The translations under genes and the position numbers were made by a program. The notes beneath the pieces were generated by a model. It was not told the origin of the DNA, ran no database searches, and saw only the letters and a program-made list of their open reading frames with translations. DNA of 64,000 bases from Candidatus Bathyarchaeota archaeon (GTDB lineage Archaea > Thermoproteota > Bathyarchaeia > Bathyarchaeales > Bathycorpusculaceae), in assembly GCA_026014705.1 (NCBI GenBank), contig JAOZHU010000008.1:17833-81832 (forward strand), in the 5' to 3' direction. Shown in pieces: positions 1 to 7,805 of the stretch (position 1 is the stretch's first letter; each line of letters starts with the position of its first letter).

Positions 1-18
1 GCAAAAAAGCAGAGTTAC

Positions 19-744
19 GTGTGGCTGGATGAACTCAGCACCAAAGAAGCCGCTGTTGCCGCCAATGCAGGTACTGTGGTCATTTTCCCCGTTGGCAGCG
101 TGGAGGAACATGGTGACCATTTGCCGTTGTGCACGGATAGCATCCAACCTGAATATGTGGCTGTGGAAGTTGCTAAGCGGACGGGGTGTTTAGTGGCGCC
201 TCCGTTTCGGCATGGCGTTTGTAACGCTGGCAGAAACTTCCCTGGAACCATGAGCATCGAGTTTGAGACTTTGCGGATGGTGGCGCGTGACGTGCTTGCT
301 GAACTCGTGCGAAACGGTTTCAACCGCATCATCGTCTTAAGCGGTCACGCTGGTTCTTCGCATATGGTGGCGTTGCGGTTGGCGGCGCAGGAAGTTGTAA
401 AGCAGTCAAGCCCAGTTTCGGCGAGGAAAACGCGGATTATGGTGTTGTCGGATTTTGATTTCGCGTTTGAAGTGAAGGATTTGGGTTTTCCTGAGACTGA
501 TGGGCATGCTGGTGCCGTGGAGACGTCGCGGGTGATGGCTATTCGCCCTGATTTGGTTAAGGGTAAGGGCAAGGCTGGCGTTATGAATGTGCCGCGGTTT
601 GAGATTGTGCCTGACCCAGAGAAGTATTTTGAGGGTGGCGTGAACGGAGACCCAACCTTGGCTTCGGATGCGAAAGGCAAAGCCATAAACGCCTATGTGG
701 TAGAGCAAGTGGCGAAGCTGGTTGAAGAATTAAAATGCAACTAG
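19..744 (+). CDS. Creatininase / creatinine amidohydrolase family protein
   Basis: PVGSVEEHGDHLPLCTD, GHAG and HAGAVETS motifs. Confidence 0.88.
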   Translation: MWLDELSTKEAAVAANAGTVVIFPVGSVEEHGDHLPLCTDSIQPEYVAVEVAKRTGCLVAPPFRHGVCNAGRNFPGTMSIEFETLRMVARDVLAELVRNGFNRIIVLSGHAGSSHMVALRLAAQEVVKQSSPVSARKTRIMVLSDFDFAFEVKDLGFPETDGHAGAVETSRVMAIRPDLVKGKGKAGVMNVPRFEIVPDPEKYFEGGVNGDPTLASDAKGKAINAYVVEQVAKLVEELKCN

Positions 745-769
745 GATTAGCCGCAGCCTTTTTCTCAAA

Positions 770-1396
770 TCATTTTGTCTTGAGCTTTTGACCGATTAAC
801 ACGCGGTAGCCGCTTTCTCTGGCGAGAACTGTGCAGTTGCCGAAGGTCTCGTTGAAAACGGTTGGCAATGTTTTTCCGCCAATTTTTGACCGCACCACCA
901 TTTGAAGAGTGGCTTGGTCTGCCATTGCTTTCGGCGCTTCAGTTATTATGGCTTTAACGGTTTGCATGCCTGCGCTTACAGGCGGGTTCGACAGTACACA
1001 GTTAAAGGTCAAGTCTTTGACTGGTTCATACAAGTAGCCGCTTCTGGCTTCGGCGTTTGGGGTTCGGTTTTTCCTGATGTTATGGTCTGCAAGTTCAACT
1101 GCGCGCGTGTTAACATCTGTCATGACCACATGCAGTTGCGGTTTGAAGGCGGCTGCTACTATGCCAACTGCACCGTATCCACAGCCTATGTCGAGTATTC
1201 TGCCTGTTTCTGGGAGAATCATGTTTTCGATGAGCAGTCGGGTTCCTGTGTCAACGCGTTTTTTGGAGAAAACGGTTGAGGCTGTGAGGAACTCGAATTG
1301 TTTGCCGCGCAATTTGGTGCGGATTACGCCGAGGTGCGCCTTGGATTTTGGGGTTGCTGAAAAATAGTGTTCTGCGCTGGTTTTGTCCTCGGTCAT
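770..1396 (-). CDS. Class I SAM-dependent methyltransferase (RsmC/MTS-like)
   Basis: VFSKKRVDTGTRLL, LDIGCGYG and SNPP motifs. Confidence 0.88.
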   Translation of the reverse strand: MTEDKTSAEHYFSATPKSKAHLGVIRTKLRGKQFEFLTASTVFSKKRVDTGTRLLIENMILPETGRILDIGCGYGAVGIVAAAFKPQLHVVMTDVNTRAVELADHNIRKNRTPNAEARSGYLYEPVKDLTFNCVLSNPPVSAGMQTVKAIITEAPKAMADQATLQMVVRSKIGGKTLPTVFNETFGNCTVLARESGYRVLIGQKLKTK

Positions 1397-2403
1397 TCTT
1401 TGTTACCACTTTTCCAGACTTTGGGGTATGTGCCTCTGGGCATCACAACCCTCTGGAGCGCGGCTGCCGTGCCATGTTTCAGGTTCAAGATTTCTTCGGT
1501 AGAGAGAAGCGCCTTCGCTAAGGCTACGGCTTCGCCTTTCAAGGTTTCAATAACGGTTATTGCACCTTTAGTTATGCCGCTTTCGATGGATAAAACGCCG
1601 GGCACGGTTAAGTTTGCGCCGTGGCATAAGGCGTCAACTGCTGAGTCGCGGACTATGATTTTGGGAATCAGCTCCAGCGCGGTTTCCATGGGCTGAATAA
1701 ACTTTCGGAGTATTCTCTCGTCTTCGGTCTCTTGCCACTCTACGAACCAGTAGGCTACATCGTGCAGCGTCACTTTAGTGGGGCTGTTTTCGGAGAAGGG
1801 ACCTGCGCGTGTTCTGCGGAGTTCTTGCATGTGAGCACCGCAGTTCAGGATTTCGCCGATGTCATAGCAGAGTTTCCGAATGTAGGTTCCGCCTTCGCAG
1901 CCGACTTTAAACAGTACATTTCGCCCGTTCATTTCGAGGAAGTCTATATAGTATATGCGTCTGGTTCGCAGTTGCCTCTTAACTGAAGACCTCAGCGGAG
2001 GGCGCTGGTAAATTTCATCTTCGAATTCCTTCAAAACTTTACGGACTTGCCATTCTTCGGCGTCGCCGTGGAGTTTCATTATGCACACGTATTCTTTGCC
2101 GCTGTAAAGCAAGGCTTGGACAATTTTCGTAGAATCCTCTAAAGTGATGGGCAACACGCCTGTTACTTTGGGGTCGAGTGTTCCGCCGTGTCCTATGCGC
2201 GTCAAATGCAGGATTTTCTTTGTCCAAGCGGCGACTTCGTGGCTTGTCGGTCCAGCGGGTTTGTCCAAGTTTATTACGCCGTAGCGGATGTAATCCTCAG
2301 TTGGTCTTTCTTGCGGTTTGCAGCCGAATTTTGGGTTCGTGGTGTCTTCTGTCTTCACCAGTAGTTCGCGCTTGATTTCCCATGGCGGAGTAGTTTTCGG
2401 CAT
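1393..2403 (-). CDS. cbf5: H/ACA RNA-guided pseudouridine synthase Cbf5
   Basis: LDKPAGPTSHEV, GHGGTLDPKVTGVLP and GTYIRKLC motifs, plus a C-terminal PUA domain. Confidence 0.96.
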   Translation of the reverse strand: MPKTTPPWEIKRELLVKTEDTTNPKFGCKPQERPTEDYIRYGVINLDKPAGPTSHEVAAWTKKILHLTRIGHGGTLDPKVTGVLPITLEDSTKIVQALLYSGKEYVCIMKLHGDAEEWQVRKVLKEFEDEIYQRPPLRSSVKRQLRTRRIYYIDFLEMNGRNVLFKVGCEGGTYIRKLCYDIGEILNCGAHMQELRRTRAGPFSENSPTKVTLHDVAYWFVEWQETEDERILRKFIQPMETALELIPKIIVRDSAVDALCHGANLTVPGVLSIESGITKGAITVIETLKGEAVALAKALLSTEEILNLKHGTAAALQRVVMPRGTYPKVWKSGNKE

Positions 2404-2459
2404 GTGTGGGCGTGTTCTCCTGTAGTAAAAAAAGAGAATAGGATGTATAAGCGTTTGGT

Positions 2460-2744
2460 TTATGCTGCTACGGTTTTCGTTTTCGGCGTCATTTCTTCCA
2501 GTTTGCCGGCGTTTTTCAGGGTTGTGGTGACTTCTTCGTCTGATGCGCCTCTGGGTATGTCGATTTTGTCTTGGAGTGGTCTAAGGTGGTTTATGTTGAC
2601 TCTTTTCCTTTTGACTCCAGTGGTTTTTTGTGGTCCCGTAATTAGCACGAAGCTTTTGTCCATGACGTCGATTATGACGCATTTTTTTCCAGTTTCGCGG
2701 CCTGCCAGTTTCACGCAGATTCTGCCTATTTCTATGGAGGGCAT
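2460..2744 (-). CDS. rpl14e: 50S ribosomal protein L14e
   Basis: IEIGRICVKLAGRETGKKCVIID; lies upstream of cbf5 as is usual in archaea. Confidence 0.95.
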   Translation of the reverse strand: MPSIEIGRICVKLAGRETGKKCVIIDVMDKSFVLITGPQKTTGVKRKRVNINHLRPLQDKIDIPRGASDEEVTTTLKNAGKLEEMTPKTKTVAA

Positions 2745-3013
2745 CCTTTTCTGGCTCCTTCTCGAGATTGTAGATAATTGAACTGTTAGCGCATATTTAA
2801 ATTTGATATTCTTTCAGCAACTCGGTTGAATGCACGGCGCTCCTGAAATCAAAGAGAAGTCACCGAGCACGCTTGCAGTAGCTATCTTTTCGCGACGGTA
2901 TGAGCAAGGGCTGCCTTATGGACGGCGTAAACTGAGCAGGTTGGGAAGTTAGCGCTTTGCACGAAGGACGGAGTTGCGAGCGACCAGTTCTTGCTGCTGA
3001 AGAAAAACAGTGG

Positions 3014-3568
3014 TTACTTCCTCAGTTTCAGCAGGTAATTCTTCTTGACTGCGACAATGTCTAATAGTGAATGCATGGTTTCGGATTTTTCTTTAACGTC
3101 AAATCCCTTCGTTTTATCTCTTGCTTCCTCCAGAACCATTTCAAGCTCGCCGATTTCCAAAACGGTTGCGGCTATGCAGTAGAGGCTTTTTGAGCGTCCT
3201 TCATTGAATTCCGTCAGCATCTGTTTGAGCAACTGCTCACGGGTTTTCTGTTCTTTCTCGAACTGGGCAAGCCCATTGTTATGGATGAATGCGATGTTGT
3301 CTTCAACTTTCTGGTAAGAAAGAATTGAATCGTGCTCTTTGCCGCTCTCCCTGTGCTTGCACCATCTTTCGCAAGTTTTACTCTCTTCGCAGAATCCGCA
3401 GAACTCTACGCCCTTCTTCTTAAGTGCACAGTTATGGAAGGGGCATGTAGCACCCATGCGGAATTCGCTTTTGCAGCCGCCGCATTTACTTTTTGTTTCT
3501 CTGTGGTAAGCTGGGCAAAGCCTGCAGGAGAGACCGCAAATGCCGATTTCCACATAGCTGATCTGCAT
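3014..3568 (-). CDS. DUF3795-type Cys-rich protein
   Basis: ICGLSCRLC...CGGCK...CPFHNC...FCGFC pattern. Confidence 0.75.
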   Translation of the reverse strand: MQISYVEIGICGLSCRLCPAYHRETKSKCGGCKSEFRMGATCPFHNCALKKKGVEFCGFCEESKTCERWCKHRESGKEHDSILSYQKVEDNIAFIHNNGLAQFEKEQKTREQLLKQMLTEFNEGRSKSLYCIAATVLEIGELEMVLEEARDKTKGFDVKEKSETMHSLLDIVAVKKNYLLKLRK

Positions 3569-3641
3569 TGAAGCTTTCACATTGTGAACAGTACTCTGTT
3601 GCGTTCTTATGGCTTTGCATCGGCAAGAGCTAAAGTGGGTC

Positions 3642-4634
3642 TCAAATGGGCTTAAGCAGCAGTCTGTATGCTTCTTCCTCGATTTCAGCTACTTCCAACA
3701 AGCGGGCTGAGACTTGCTTTCCATTCTGTTGCATGGCTGCTCTGCAAAGTTCAATAATTACCGCTCCTGATTTTTGGAAAAGTGCGGAAGCTTCGTTCCA
3801 GCATTCTACTTTGTACTTGTTTCCCAGCGCTTTCAAGACAGTTGCTTGCCTGAACCGCATTCCATCGCTGTTCTCGTAAGTTATTGGTAGCATCGGCGGC
3901 GTAGTTGCGTAAGCGACCATTTGCTCGAAGCATTTCTTGTCATTCCACTCGGGGATTTGCTCCGTGGCCTTTTGCATTGCAGGAATGCCGAAGAGGTTTA
4001 CTGGCGGTTTCAGCTGCTTCTCTGCCTTGAAGCGGAAACCTTTCGCTGCGACTTCAAACTCGGATGGAATTTTCTCAGGGAGGGCAAACGCTCTGAACGT
4101 GTTCTTCTTGCTCATCCCTGGCGTGCTAACGTCCAAGGATTTTTCAAACTCTTCATACGATATTCTCTGTGCCTGTTTGCAGCAACAGTCATGCACAAAA
4201 ACCGTCTTTTCCTCATCGTCGTATCCAACTACAAGAACGTAATGGATTGGAACATGAATTTTCTTGTAAAGGTAGGGAAAATAATGCAAGTAGTACATGT
4301 CAAGTGCGCCAGCCATCACTGGCAGTCCATCGTCGATGAATCTTTTGAGTTTCGTTAACATGGATTTGAAAGCTTTTCCTTCGATCACGGTTTCGCTGAA
4401 CCCAGTGATTTGGGCAAGGTCTCTTATCAGGTATTTCGGACATGCTCCCCAGTATACTTGATGCGGTGGATTTGCTCTTTTAGAATTGATGAAGGCAAAG
4501 CCGGGCATTCCGCCGACGGATGACAGCAAAAAGTCAGGGTAGTTTACGCCTTTCCAAGCGAACATGTCTTCCAACCCATTCCAGAAGCATGTGGACTCGC
4601 AGACTCTATGCGGTAACGTTATGAGCTTTTTCAT
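3642..4634 (-). CDS. BtrH N-terminal / C39-like cysteine peptidase-fold protein
   Basis: N-terminal Cys (HRVCESTC), LDMYYLHY and HYVLVVGYD motifs. Confidence 0.7.
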   Translation of the reverse strand: MKKLITLPHRVCESTCFWNGLEDMFAWKGVNYPDFLLSSVGGMPGFAFINSKRANPPHQVYWGACPKYLIRDLAQITGFSETVIEGKAFKSMLTKLKRFIDDGLPVMAGALDMYYLHYFPYLYKKIHVPIHYVLVVGYDDEEKTVFVHDCCCKQAQRISYEEFEKSLDVSTPGMSKKNTFRAFALPEKIPSEFEVAAKGFRFKAEKQLKPPVNLFGIPAMQKATEQIPEWNDKKCFEQMVAYATTPPMLPITYENSDGMRFRQATVLKALGNKYKVECWNEASALFQKSGAVIIELCRAAMQQNGKQVSARLLEVAEIEEEAYRLLLKPI

Positions 4635-4685
4635 GTTTCTCCACTAACCAGTCTTAAACTAACCTAATTTGGGCGTTAATACATA

Positions 4686-4770
4686 GTGTAACTGTGCGGG
4701 GTTACACGGCTAACACTGCGATTGCTGATAGAGAAGGCGGCACTAAGAGTGCGTAACTTTGGCGGGTTAC
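4686..4770. promoter_or_regulatory. Two GTAAC-N8-GTTAC palindromic boxes in a divergent promoter region
   Basis: gtgtaac-tgtgcggg-gttacac at 4686-4707 and gtaac-tttggcgg-gttac at 4753-4770. Confidence 0.6.
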
Positions 4771-4816
4771 AGCAACTATTTATTTTTTCCGCGGCACTAT
4801 TAGCAGTGGATGCCTT

Positions 4817-5530
4817 ATGGAGAGCGTCGTCGAGAAACTCAGGCAAATCGGACTTGCCGAGTACGAAGCTAAAGCGTACTTGGCGCTGTTGAATACGCAT
4901 CTGAGTACGGCTACACGGGTTTCCGAGAGGTCAGGTGTTCCCCGCACCAAGATTTATGTGGTTCTGGAGTCTCTGCGGGATAAGGGTTGGGTGCGCGTGT
5001 ACTCAGGCGTGCCCTTGCTGTTCAAAGCAGTTGAACCATTGAGAGTGTTCGAGAAGGCTAAGGAAGACTATGCTGAGTTCTTGGCGTCCGTTCAGACGAC
5101 GCTTAAGGAAGAAGTGAATGACATGAAAGAAAAATTCGTGATAAAAAGATTCGACGTAGGCTTAGAAGGGTTGAAAGAGGCAATTAGAAAAGCCAAAACC
5201 GTGGAAATCAACAATGCCACAGCCGACTTCGTGAAAAAGGTAAGCAGCGCCTTCAAGCAAGACGCCATGGTGAAAGTGCTCCTGTTCCCCGGCGAGGCAA
5301 AGCCCAGCAACATGCCGAACGTGCAGTTCAAACAGGCTGAAATAGCCATCATAACCATAATGCGTAACAAGGAAGTTCCATCAATGTCCATAATCCTCGA
5401 CGAAGGCAGAACATTCACGGCTTTCCAAGACCCAGTCGACCACAAATACATCGTGGATGAGATGCTGTATGACGAATGCGCCCACTGCTTCGCGGGATGG
5501 AGCAGCCTAAGCTGGGGCTCAGCCACATAA
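4817..5530 (+). CDS. TrmB-family transcriptional regulator
   Basis: GLAEYEAKAYLALL...SGVPRTKIYVVLESLRDKGWV wHTH. Confidence 0.9.
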   Translation: MESVVEKLRQIGLAEYEAKAYLALLNTHLSTATRVSERSGVPRTKIYVVLESLRDKGWVRVYSGVPLLFKAVEPLRVFEKAKEDYAEFLASVQTTLKEEVNDMKEKFVIKRFDVGLEGLKEAIRKAKTVEINNATADFVKKVSSAFKQDAMVKVLLFPGEAKPSNMPNVQFKQAEIAIITIMRNKEVPSMSIILDEGRTFTAFQDPVDHKYIVDEMLYDECAHCFAGWSSLSWGSAT

Positions 5531-5550
5531 CCCTGAGGACGTGATTAAAA

Positions 5551-5985
5551 ATGCCCATTGTTGATGGAAAATACGAAGCGAAGATTGGCACAACATTCGC
5601 CACGGCAGAGGAAGGCGTAGCGGAAATAAAGCGCATGGTTCAGAAGTCGCGGAGAATCAGAATCAGCAACATCCCCATGCGCTTGCTGGAAGAACTGAAA
5701 CCGCTGCTGAAAGACAAGGACTTGATGATAATTTTGCCTATGGGCGAGAAACCCGCCGAAGACCTGAAGCAACTCGCGCCGACAGCGACAACTAAGGCGC
5801 GGATTTACGTTGACTATCGCGGGCAGGAAGCCAACTCGGGCTCAATAAGCTTCGCGAGCACTATTTTCAATATTGCATGGGTAAACGATATTATGCTTGG
5901 TGTTTCTACAATAGAGTACGGCAAATGCGTAAAATGCATGGCTGGCAGCTTTGAGGGCGGGTGGCGATACGCTCAAAAATGGTAG
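5551..5985 (+). CDS. Hypothetical protein resembling the C-terminal domain of the adjacent TrmB
   Basis: Intact ORF sharing an LxP/MGExxP segment and a terminal YxxCxxC(M/F)AG motif with the TrmB C-domain. Confidence 0.7.
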   Translation: MPIVDGKYEAKIGTTFATAEEGVAEIKRMVQKSRRIRISNIPMRLLEELKPLLKDKDLMIILPMGEKPAEDLKQLAPTATTKARIYVDYRGQEANSGSISFASTIFNIAWVNDIMLGVSTIEYGKCVKCMAGSFEGGWRYAQKW

Positions 5986-6208
5986 CGAAAGCTTTCTGCA
6001 ATCTCCTTTCTTTTTCTGTTGCCGTAGTTGCTCCGTTATAGCCGCAGTGGGCAGTTTACGTTGCGGTAGCCACACATAAACTTAAAGAAACAGTTCAGCC
6101 TAATAGTTACAGTGTTTATTGTTTTCTGGGGGAAAGCGCGGTTTCAGAAAGGCGATTTGACAGGAGGAAAAGAGTTTAGCCGCAGAATTTGGCAGAAGGT
6201 TTTCACGT

Positions 6209-6451
6209 TTGCTCTTTAGAGTTGCCTTTGTTTTTGAACCTTTGTCGCCGCGGCTTATCTCATACTACGTGGCGCAGCGGCTGGATAAGTGGAAGCGGCA
6301 AGAGCTGATTCTTGGTTTCAAAACGCGAACCAAGCGGCTTGGCAAATTCCACTATAAAACACAGATTGACATGGACATGAACGGTGAACAAGCCGCCCGC
6401 GTTCTTGATGACTTGGCTCGCAAACTAAAAAAGAGTAGGGAGGTGAAGTAA
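6209..6451 (+). CDS. Hypothetical protein
   Basis: 80-aa ORF whose stop overlaps the next ATG. Confidence 0.6.
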   Translation: MLFRVAFVFEPLSPRLISYYVAQRLDKWKRQELILGFKTRTKRLGKFHYKTQIDMDMNGEQAARVLDDLARKLKKSREVK

Positions 6452-6597
6452 TGCCTGAAGAGAAAAAAGGACACGTGAAAATAACAATTGAAGTGGAAGT
6501 CAACGAGCCGCTCATGGACGCCATGAAGCAAGCTATGACGCAGATGTCCTCAGCGTTGCCTGAACTTGTGAAGCACAGACGCGAAGAAAAACACTAA
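6451..6597 (+). CDS. Small hypothetical protein (48 aa, MPEEKKGHVKITIEVEV...)
   Basis: Manually translated; strong GGAGGTGA RBS; TAATG overlap with the upstream gene. Confidence 0.65.
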   Translation: MPEEKKGHVKITIEVEVNEPLMDAMKQAMTQMSSALPELVKHRREEKH

Positions 6598-6757
6598 TGC
6601 AGAACACCGTTTCCACGTTCCACTCATTTTTCGTGTACAACTTGCTGGGTAGGCGTTACGGTGGTTATTATTAATGATTTGCAGAAACGTTTTATACGTT
6701 ACCACATAAACTGCCTACTGAAAAGCCTTTCAACACGAAAGAAGTTGACTTGCAAAG

Positions 6758-7315
6758 ATGCCTAATCACAAGTATCCCGGCGCAGGAAAATTGAGGCGGA
6801 TGGGGCGCAAGCCAGAAGTCACCTTAAGCGCCATCGGTTTACGTTCAGGCATGGTGTTCATGGACATAGGCTGCGGAGACGGCTTCTTCACCATTCCCGC
6901 TGCGCAACTTGTAGGCGAAGCAGGCAGAGTTTACGCTGTGGATGCCGATGCGGCTGCCGTGGAAAAGCTGAGAGACAAAGCTGCAGAAAAAGGCTTAACG
7001 AACATAACCGCTAAGCTTGGGTTGGCAGAGGAAACAGTGTTTTGTGAAGTATGCGCCGACATAGTCTTCTACAGTCGAGTGCTACACGACTTCAAGGACC
7101 CAGCGAGAGTTTTACGAAACGCCAAGCAAATGCTCAAGCCTACTGGGCGACTGGTGAATTTGGACTGGAAGAAGAAACCCACAATGTTCGGTCCTCCAGT
7201 GCGCATTCGTTTTAGTGAAGAGCAGGCTGCAGATCTCATTAAGGCTGCTGGCTTCACCATTGAAAGCGTAGCGTCTGCTGGGCGGAACTTTTACATTATC
7301 ACGGCGAAACCGTGA
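6758..7315 (+). CDS. Class I SAM-dependent methyltransferase
   Basis: MDIGCGDGFF, RVYAVD and LKPTGRLV motifs. Confidence 0.85.
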   Translation: MPNHKYPGAGKLRRMGRKPEVTLSAIGLRSGMVFMDIGCGDGFFTIPAAQLVGEAGRVYAVDADAAAVEKLRDKAAEKGLTNITAKLGLAEETVFCEVCADIVFYSRVLHDFKDPARVLRNAKQMLKPTGRLVNLDWKKKPTMFGPPVRIRFSEEQAADLIKAAGFTIESVASAGRNFYIITAKP

Positions 7316-7319
7316 ACGC

Positions 7320-7559
7320 TTAGGCTACTGTGCCTACGAGTTTGGTTCTCTCGAGAACTTCGCCTCCGTGAGGCGCCATTTCTAATTCTTCAGTGAGGTC
7401 TTTACCCGCTTGATGAGCGCCGAAGTGGTCGCCGTCCAGCCAGAAAGAGCTTGTGGACACATCGTAAACTTTGCCTTTATACGCTACGTAAGCTGGTTTC
7501 CCGTTTTTCCCGTCGTATTCAGCTAATTCCTCAAGTGTGAATTTTTTAGCTTCAGCCAA
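7320..7559 (-). CDS. Cytochrome b5-like heme/steroid-binding protein
   Basis: FTLEELAEYDGKNGKPAYVAYKGKVYDVS...HQAGKDLT...APHG. Confidence 0.9.
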   Translation of the reverse strand: MAEAKKFTLEELAEYDGKNGKPAYVAYKGKVYDVSTSSFWLDGDHFGAHQAGKDLTEELEMAPHGGEVLERTKLVGTVA

Positions 7560-7805
7560 AACATCACCTTCCCATTCAACTGTTAAGAAGCGAAGGCGGT
7601 TTTAAACATTTAGGAAACCAGCGCGCAACCGCCATCCGCAACAGGCAGTAGCTTTAGCTGAATACGTTTGCTAATCAAGAAATTAATGTGCGCGCTTGAG
7701 AATAGCCTCATTTTGGAATGCTGCTTGTTCTCCCAAACAATTCTCTCATTTAGCCACGTTCCAAACAAAAAAATAGAGGGAAATTGTGTATTTTTTCTCG
7801 CAAAG

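Noticed and set aside
2790..3010. Possible structured ncRNA next to rpl14e (ctcggt...accgag stem, terminal CTGA)
   Set aside because: I could not match it to a known RNA family by eye; it needs an Infernal/Rfam search.
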